A stretch of 64,000 bases of DNA, from positions 41,336 through 105,335 of IMG/VR virus record IMGVR_UViG_3300038451_000147. One strand, 5' to 3'. The position numbers and the translations under genes are program-made. Within the stretch, counting starts at the first letter, position 1, and each line of letters starts with the position of its first letter. This document shows positions 58,315 to 64,000 of the stretch, one piece after another. Origin of the DNA: a virus. The notes beneath the pieces were generated by a model. The model had not been told where the DNA came from and made no database searches. It saw nothing but the letters and a program-made list of their open reading frames with translations.

Positions 58315-59946
58315 ATGTGTAGAATGGCATTAGTAATTGGGAAGGACAAGGCTCTTCAGAGTTTCGAGTTGGCTTTCAAGTCAGCATGGGCTGACATGAA
58401 TAACGATGGCGTAGGTTGCTTCTGGCGAGACTACCCGATTTACAAGACAGGTGAAGAGAAGCACTTGGCTCGATTCGTAGAGAGCAAAGACATGGCCCGA
58501 CTTGAGCGAACTTATGACCGGATGCTCATTCACTTCCGCAAAGCCACAAAGGGCGTAGGGACTCATCCGTTCATCTGCCGAGACAGACAGGACTTGAAAA
58601 GCGGAGACTGGCTTCTGGTTCACAATGGATGCGTTCAGGATGCACACGCAAGAGAGGTCTTGAAACCGAAACACATTCTCACAACTGAGATTGACAGCGA
58701 AGTTTTCATTCACATCTGGGCTGAGATTGACGAATCGAATCTAGAGAAGAGAGCTAAGAAGTTTGGCGAAGCGGCAGAGAAATTGAACATCACAGGATGG
58801 GCTAATCTCATCTTCTATAACTTCATTACAGACGAATGGGTTGCGCTGGCTGAATCTTCGCTTGGAATCTCGAAGACAAAGGACGGGAATATTGTCGTGG
58901 TCTCTTCAGACAGAGCGTGGTTAGACGATTCGCAAGCCAAGAAACTAGGAATCAAATACGAAGAGTTGCCTTACAGAGCAATCGCCTACGGCAAAGGAAC
59001 GTCTTACAAAACCAAGGAGAGGGTTTGGGGAGTAAAGGGCCAGACCATGATAACATCCTACTACCGACCTGATGGCAACGGAACCTACCGTAAGGTCTTC
59101 CCAGACGAAGACGACTGGACAGGGTACCCAGAGTCATGGGAGCCACAACAGGGCGTGATGCCATCTGAATTTGGGAAGGGCAAAGGGTTCTCAACTAAGA
59201 ACTTCAACAAGGCAATCATAAACGGGGCGCGTTGGGATGTAAAAATGAGGGCAATGGTAGACAAGAAGGGCCGACCCTTAGACTTTGAGACCTACAGCGA
59301 CCCTTCAGACCATGAGTTCGTTCCGTCTGGCTCGAAAGACGAATCAGGATTAGCCGTTTGCGATGTGTGCATGAATAGCCTACCCTACCACAACATTCTG
59401 AAGGAACTAACACGGAGCCAAGCCATTAATCGAGCCATTGAAGAGAGGGGAGACCCAGACAAGTGGGATAGGAGACACCCTTACACAAGAGACCTAGATT
59501 CTCCTACCTTGAAGTGTATGTGTGGACTTACATCAAGTTACAGCGTTATCCACATGGCCCACATATTCAAGGCTCTAGGTGGGAGCGACTACTGCATGGA
59601 TTGTGGACAAAACAGGGCAGTCGGCAATCACAAAGAGGAAGTTCCAGAGGGCCACTTCTACCGAGAGATGAAAGTGGAAGATGAACTGAAAAACGGGCAA
59701 AGGAAATTCGTGAACACAGGACATTGCATCCGATGTGGACTCGCAGAAGAGAAGCATCTGATGAACGACTTGGCCCACAAGAACCGTGAAGTGGTAGTCG
59801 TAAAACAGAGGCCGATGGGTTGCGATTGCAGACCCCAAGCCAGAATGATATGCTCGGTTCATCACAAGCAAGGTTTCAGAAGTTTCGACCAGAACGGAAT
59901 GCTAGTAAAAGAACAGGTCATTGAGTTCTCAATGGGAAATAACTAA
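58315..59946 (+). CDS. Class II (Ntn) glutamine amidotransferase with C-terminal Cys/His repeats
   Basis: N-terminal MC, DG.G, HFRKAT, THPF, HNG, DSE. Confidence 0.85.
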   Translation: MCRMALVIGKDKALQSFELAFKSAWADMNNDGVGCFWRDYPIYKTGEEKHLARFVESKDMARLERTYDRMLIHFRKATKGVGTHPFICRDRQDLKSGDWLLVHNGCVQDAHAREVLKPKHILTTEIDSEVFIHIWAEIDESNLEKRAKKFGEAAEKLNITGWANLIFYNFITDEWVALAESSLGISKTKDGNIVVVSSDRAWLDDSQAKKLGIKYEELPYRAIAYGKGTSYKTKERVWGVKGQTMITSYYRPDGNGTYRKVFPDEDDWTGYPESWEPQQGVMPSEFGKGKGFSTKNFNKAIINGARWDVKMRAMVDKKGRPLDFETYSDPSDHEFVPSGSKDESGLAVCDVCMNSLPYHNILKELTRSQAINRAIEERGDPDKWDRRHPYTRDLDSPTLKCMCGLTSSYSVIHMAHIFKALGGSDYCMDCGQNRAVGNHKEEVPEGHFYREMKVEDELKNGQRKFVNTGHCIRCGLAEEKHLMNDLAHKNREVVVVKQRPMGCDCRPQARMICSVHHKQGFRSFDQNGMLVKEQVIEFSMGNN

Positions 59947-59947
59947 C

Positions 59948-60595
59948 TTGTCTTACTCTACAGACCACATCCCAATTAAGAAGACGGGCCAAGACGAGAG
60001 CAAGATTGCGAAGGGCATCAAGATAAAGGAGAACGACACGAAGATTCGGATTAGTGGAGCAGTCATTCGAGTCGAAGTTGCGCCTAGAAAATCGGGTTAC
60101 GGCAACGACTATAAGTTGAAGGTCTGGCTTCCGAACTTCACAGAGTTTGAACTGAACGAGAAGTCCGGCAATTATGTGACCTTCACCCAATTCATGAACG
60201 CCCTAGTGGAAGCATCTACAGGTCAACTCCCTTCTAAGGGAGCAATGGAAATGGAAATCCACATTGAGAACGGATTTCCAATGAAGATTTTCAAGGGCGA
60301 AGTTGAGGCAAAGGAGAAGGTAGAAGTGAAGAATGCTAAAGACCCGAAGACTGAGCCAATCATTGCATTCGTGGAACCCAAGAAGGAAGAGACACCGAAA
60401 GAGGAAATAACTGAATGGAATCCAATCACACAGAAATACGAGCAGAAGACCACGACTAAGGCACTGGTTCTGAAGGGCAAGAACAAGGAAGACGAAGCGG
60501 ATGAGGACAGGACGGTTCTCATTGACTTGCGAGACCCGAACAGCACAGACCTTTCAGAGATTGAAAAACAATGGCACGAAAGGGGCTATTACTAG
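59948..60595 (+). CDS. Hypothetical protein
   Basis: TTG start directly after TAA-C. Confidence 0.6.
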   Translation: MSYSTDHIPIKKTGQDESKIAKGIKIKENDTKIRISGAVIRVEVAPRKSGYGNDYKLKVWLPNFTEFELNEKSGNYVTFTQFMNALVEASTGQLPSKGAMEMEIHIENGFPMKIFKGEVEAKEKVEVKNAKDPKTEPIIAFVEPKKEETPKEEITEWNPITQKYEQKTTTKALVLKGKNKEDEADEDRTVLIDLRDPNSTDLSEIEKQWHERGYY

Positions 60596-60596
60596 A

Positions 60597-61373
60597 ATGA
60601 TAGTCGTCTTTGTTGATTGTGGGGTCTCGAAGAGCCAGACACCGGAACGGATTGTCCAGAGGCTTGAAGAGGACGGGCTGAAGGTCGTGAGGAATCCACG
60701 AAGTCCACCGAGCGAAGACTACGTTGTGATTCGTTGGGGTTCAACTAGATTCCCAGAGTTAGATGAGGGAGCCAAAGCAATCTTGAATCGGGCCGAAGCA
60801 ATCCAAGGCAATCTCCACAAGGACAAGGCACACGCCAAGTTCCTAGAGGCCGGAGTAAGCGCACCCCTATTCTGGACAACATGGGAAGAGGCTAGAGTCA
60901 AGGCCAAGGAATTAGAATGTGACATCCTTCGGAGACGCAAGCACCACATTCAAGGGAAGGACATTCTCAAAGTCTCGCCAGACGAAGACCTACCAAGGGC
61001 TAGGAGAAGCGGATACTACGTCCAGTATCTTGAGAAGGACAGGGAGTTTAGACTTCACATCTTCCAAGACAGATGTATCGGACTAGCCGAGAAAAAGCCA
61101 GCAGAGAATCCGAACAAGGTTATCTGGAACTTCGAGAACGGATGGGAGTTGGTCTACTACGCGAAAGAGGAAAGGGAAGAGGCCGTTGCGAATTACAGAG
61201 AGATGGTGGCCGAATCGGTCAAGGCTTGCAAGGCTCTAGGTCTGGACTTCGGAGCCGTAGACCTAATCATGGTGAAGGACAAAGCCTACATTCTAGAGGC
61301 TAACACCGCACCCAAACTCAAGGACACCAATCGGTACGCCAAGAACTTCGAGAGATGGGTTGAGAACGCATGA
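60597..61373 (+). CDS. ATP-grasp ligase (RimK-like)
   Basis: IRWG, KDK, VQYL...REFRLH, WN...G, LGLDFGAVD, ILEANTAP. Confidence 0.9.
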   Translation: MIVVFVDCGVSKSQTPERIVQRLEEDGLKVVRNPRSPPSEDYVVIRWGSTRFPELDEGAKAILNRAEAIQGNLHKDKAHAKFLEAGVSAPLFWTTWEEARVKAKELECDILRRRKHHIQGKDILKVSPDEDLPRARRSGYYVQYLEKDREFRLHIFQDRCIGLAEKKPAENPNKVIWNFENGWELVYYAKEEREEAVANYREMVAESVKACKALGLDFGAVDLIMVKDKAYILEANTAPKLKDTNRYAKNFERWVENA

Positions 61374-61846
61374 GAATCCATCAAGCAACTAGAGCCATCA
61401 CAACTTACAAGAAGATGAAGGTGAAGACGACTTCATTGCCTTGCAGAGTCATTGAGGCGCAACGGCTCATTAATGTAGTAAGAGACGGGACAATGGTTCA
61501 GCAGTCTTCAGTAAGGAAGATGATTGAGAAGTCGAAGTTGCTTGAGGTTATCTGCAAGTGTCAGGATGATGATTGCCCGTTCCTAGAGTTAGACAGTGAC
61601 AGAACTAGGTATTGCACTTGCGTAGATTGGGAATCAACTTCAAGTTGGGGAGCCTTACAATGCAAAGACCTAGAAGTGGTAGGGCATCAGAGCAATCGTG
61701 TCTTCAAGATAGGCGAAGGATTCCTACCCACTGAGAGCCATGAGCCAGACCCAAGACATCAAGGAACAGAGTTTGACTCTGATGCCTTTGAGGACTACCT
61801 AACCGATTGGCAATCAACGAATGACACAAGGGAGACAGGGAGATAG
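61370..61846 (+). CDS. Cys-rich hypothetical protein
   Basis: ATGA coupling; C.C....C...C.C cluster shared with the next ORF. Confidence 0.55.
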   Translation: MRIHQATRAITTYKKMKVKTTSLPCRVIEAQRLINVVRDGTMVQQSSVRKMIEKSKLLEVICKCQDDDCPFLELDSDRTRYCTCVDWESTSSWGALQCKDLEVVGHQSNRVFKIGEGFLPTESHEPDPRHQGTEFDSDAFEDYLTDWQSTNDTRETGR

Positions 61847-61849
61847 ACC

Positions 61850-62893
61850 ATGCCACTTAGACTAGACATTCCGATTCACTGCGCCGTGAAGGAAATCGAA
61901 CTCCTTCATGAAACCCTAGTGAAAGGGCTGGCAAGCAGAGACACCACAACTAACGAGAGATTGGTAAAACAACTGTATGAGACAGTATGCAACCTGAATC
62001 TCCAAGTCCGTTGTGTATGCTACGAACCAACGTGCCGCTATTGGGTGCATAACAATTGTCGGTGCAGTGGAGACCAACGATGCCTTGGTCTTGGTTATCT
62101 GACTCGACCCACAAGAGAACGTGAGAACGATGCACTAGAGGCTGAGATGAGGATGGCCGAAAGCGCATTAACAGAGAGCGACAAGGCCCGAAAGCCAGAC
62201 GAGCCGTTCATTGTCTGGAAGGTCAGAATCGCTTACAGGGTTAACCGCATGGCGAACCAGATTCACAACGCCCCAGAGAAGGGAGCCACACAATGGCATT
62301 ACGATAGTTGGAGAACCGAGAGTCCCATCACAAGGACTCACAACTTCAACGCATTCATCGTCAGAATCAGAGCGTTGCCACTGGAAGAGAGACCAACAGG
62401 GATGGACGTAACTCAAGTCGTGGGTTGCTCAGTCTGCAATTATGTTTACGTTGACATGGAATCCTTAGAGACCCATGTAGACAGACTGAGGTTCAACGGG
62501 CATTCGCTTCACAGCAATGCAGAGGCGATAACAGACACCACACATGAGCGCGTGAGAGAGACTTCGCCAGACTACAGACCACCGATTCCCACGTTTGAAC
62601 CTGACCCATATGGGATACCTATTCCACCGGAGCCAGAGGAAGGGCCAGAGTCTTCAGACGGCCATGAGGGATTGCTTGACCGTCTTTACAGAGAGGACGA
62701 AGAAGATGACGACCAATATAGAGAACGGCTCAGTGACTACATCAGAAACTACCACAATTCCAGCCACCTTTACGATGTGGTGGGTTGCTCCCACTGTGGA
62801 AGAATCTTTAGGAACGGGTTCGACTACTACGGACACGCGAGTTCTAACCATAACATGACTGCCCAAAGAGCGAGAGATAACTTAGTGCAGTGA
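61850..62893 (+). CDS. Protein with two C2H2-like fingers
   Basis: VVGCSVC..H..H and VVGCSHC..H..H. Confidence 0.6.
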   Translation: MPLRLDIPIHCAVKEIELLHETLVKGLASRDTTTNERLVKQLYETVCNLNLQVRCVCYEPTCRYWVHNNCRCSGDQRCLGLGYLTRPTRERENDALEAEMRMAESALTESDKARKPDEPFIVWKVRIAYRVNRMANQIHNAPEKGATQWHYDSWRTESPITRTHNFNAFIVRIRALPLEERPTGMDVTQVVGCSVCNYVYVDMESLETHVDRLRFNGHSLHSNAEAITDTTHERVRETSPDYRPPIPTFEPDPYGIPIPPEPEEGPESSDGHEGLLDRLYREDEEDDDQYRERLSDYIRNYHNSSHLYDVVGCSHCGRIFRNGFDYYGHASSNHNMTAQRARDNLVQ

Positions 62894-63233
62894 CTTGGAA
62901 TATGGCAACAAACTTTAAGAAAGGGCGCGAGAGAGGGGTGGAATCATGACCGAGACACTAGAAGGGAAGGTCGTGTTGAAAGACAAAATCACAGATGAAA
63001 CCTCAGATGGCGATGCCATCTACTCTGATGTCTACTACATTGGAGACCGAGAATTGGAAGACTTTATCTCGGACTTTGAGGGCAAGAGGGTCAGACTCAC
63101 AGTGGAGCCGATAGACTAATGGGAGTTCATCAGGACTACAGATGCGACATTTGCCAAGCCTTGGTCTCATCTAGCGAAGACCCTAGACACTTGGTAGGTT
63201 GTCCATACAAGAAGAGTTCGGTCTTAATTCAAC

Positions 63234-63632
63234 ATGACCTTAGACATCACGACACTTGGAATCCCGAATGGGACAGAATATAGCATGAGACTCAAGGTCG
63301 CAACATACTTGGGAGACGGGGTTCCTAACATGGGCGTTAAGAACAGAGGTAAGAAGATTGCTTACTTCTTTCCGTCCTCACATTGGCATTCCTACCTTGG
63401 CCATGCAACCGTCCAGATTATGACGAACTACATCAGCCACGAAAAGGCCCACCAACTCCTAGAGGAAATGGGAATGCACAAGGCAAACGACTGTATAGAC
63501 AACTTCACTTCGGTTCACTTCTTCCATCAAAAGTGTCACGCGAAAGATAGAATGAGACAGTTGGAGATTGCCGAGCCATCGGGACTTGAGAACCTCATAC
63601 TAGCTGTTGAGTCTAGGAGACGACACAGATGA
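63234..63632 (+). CDS. Putative zincin metallopeptidase-like protein
   Basis: ISHEKAHQLL (HExxH). Confidence 0.45.
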   Translation: MTLDITTLGIPNGTEYSMRLKVATYLGDGVPNMGVKNRGKKIAYFFPSSHWHSYLGHATVQIMTNYISHEKAHQLLEEMGMHKANDCIDNFTSVHFFHQKCHAKDRMRQLEIAEPSGLENLILAVESRRRHR

Positions 63633-63922
63633 GTCTAAAGACGATACCTACCGACACACGCAAGCCTTGGCAGATTCCTATCCCTTGTCCTCATTGTGGT
63701 TCTTGGCGCACCTACTGGCATGGCACATTGAAGTGTGCCAAATGCGGAAGCGACTTCAAGATAGACCGAAGTGCCGCTTATCCTAACACCTGCACAAAAT
63801 GTTGGCACACAAAGCATGGTGACAAGCCATGTGAAAAGTGCAATGAGAGTCTACGTTGGTGGAGAGACCAACTACTTCATGAGCGCATGAAATCAATCGG
63901 ATGCTCGGTGAAACTACCATGA
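63629..63922 (+). CDS. Zn-finger protein
   Basis: CPHCG..CAKCG..CTKC.H..CEKC. Confidence 0.55.
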   Translation: MSLKTIPTDTRKPWQIPIPCPHCGSWRTYWHGTLKCAKCGSDFKIDRSAAYPNTCTKCWHTKHGDKPCEKCNESLRWWRDQLLHERMKSIGCSVKLP

Positions 63923-64000
63923 CATCTGACCTGACAAGACGATGCAAGTCCTTCGCGCACATAAAGATGAGGACTCAGAATTGGTGGTTCGTAAGTTGGT

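Noticed and set aside
626-63817. Many antisense or alternate-frame ORFs in the supplied track (e.g. 913..1359, 15361..15936, 29815..30360, 47919..48506)
   Set aside because: They shadow well-supported genes and lack the TATA spacing, coupling or protein motifs

Overview
This 64 kb window looks like part of a large head-tail (HK97-fold, Caudoviricetes-type) archaeal virus genome. The host is probably a TACK archaeon (Bathyarchaeia/Nitrososphaeria-like); this is inferred from an archaeal uS2, a single-OB SSB, a helicase-less XPF/ERCC4 nuclease, an Ard1 acetyltransferase and TATA-box promoters. Recognisable genes: terminase large subunit, prohead protease, scaffold, cement protein, major capsid protein (MCP), adaptor, head closure, tail terminator, tail tube and fibre proteins; also nucleotide-pool enzymes, four HNH-type nucleases, a SET domain protein, a trypsin-like protease, and a cluster of two amidoligases, a class II glutamine amidotransferase and an ATP-grasp ligase. 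I saw no portal, tape measure, polymerase, integrase, tRNA or CRISPR array. The window has two expression regimes separated by a ~1.1 kb repeat-rich non-coding region at 49.7-50.8 kb. On the left (1-49.6 kb), genes lie on both strands and most transcription units have their own TATA box 22-26 nt before the start codon, implying leaderless mRNAs. On the right (50.8-64 kb), one polycistronic block has genes starting in a fixed SD-like + TAGAC + TTG/ATG context. The best candidates for new biology are: (a) a possible translation switch, i.e. a divergent viral ribosomal protein uS2 together with the two mRNA classes; (b) a second MCP paralogue carrying a copy of the scaffold C-terminal helix at its N-terminus; (c) a head-closure domain fused to a propeller-tipped fibre; (d) an archaeal-virus peptide-ligation cluster. 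All assignments come from motif recognition by eye, with no database searches.
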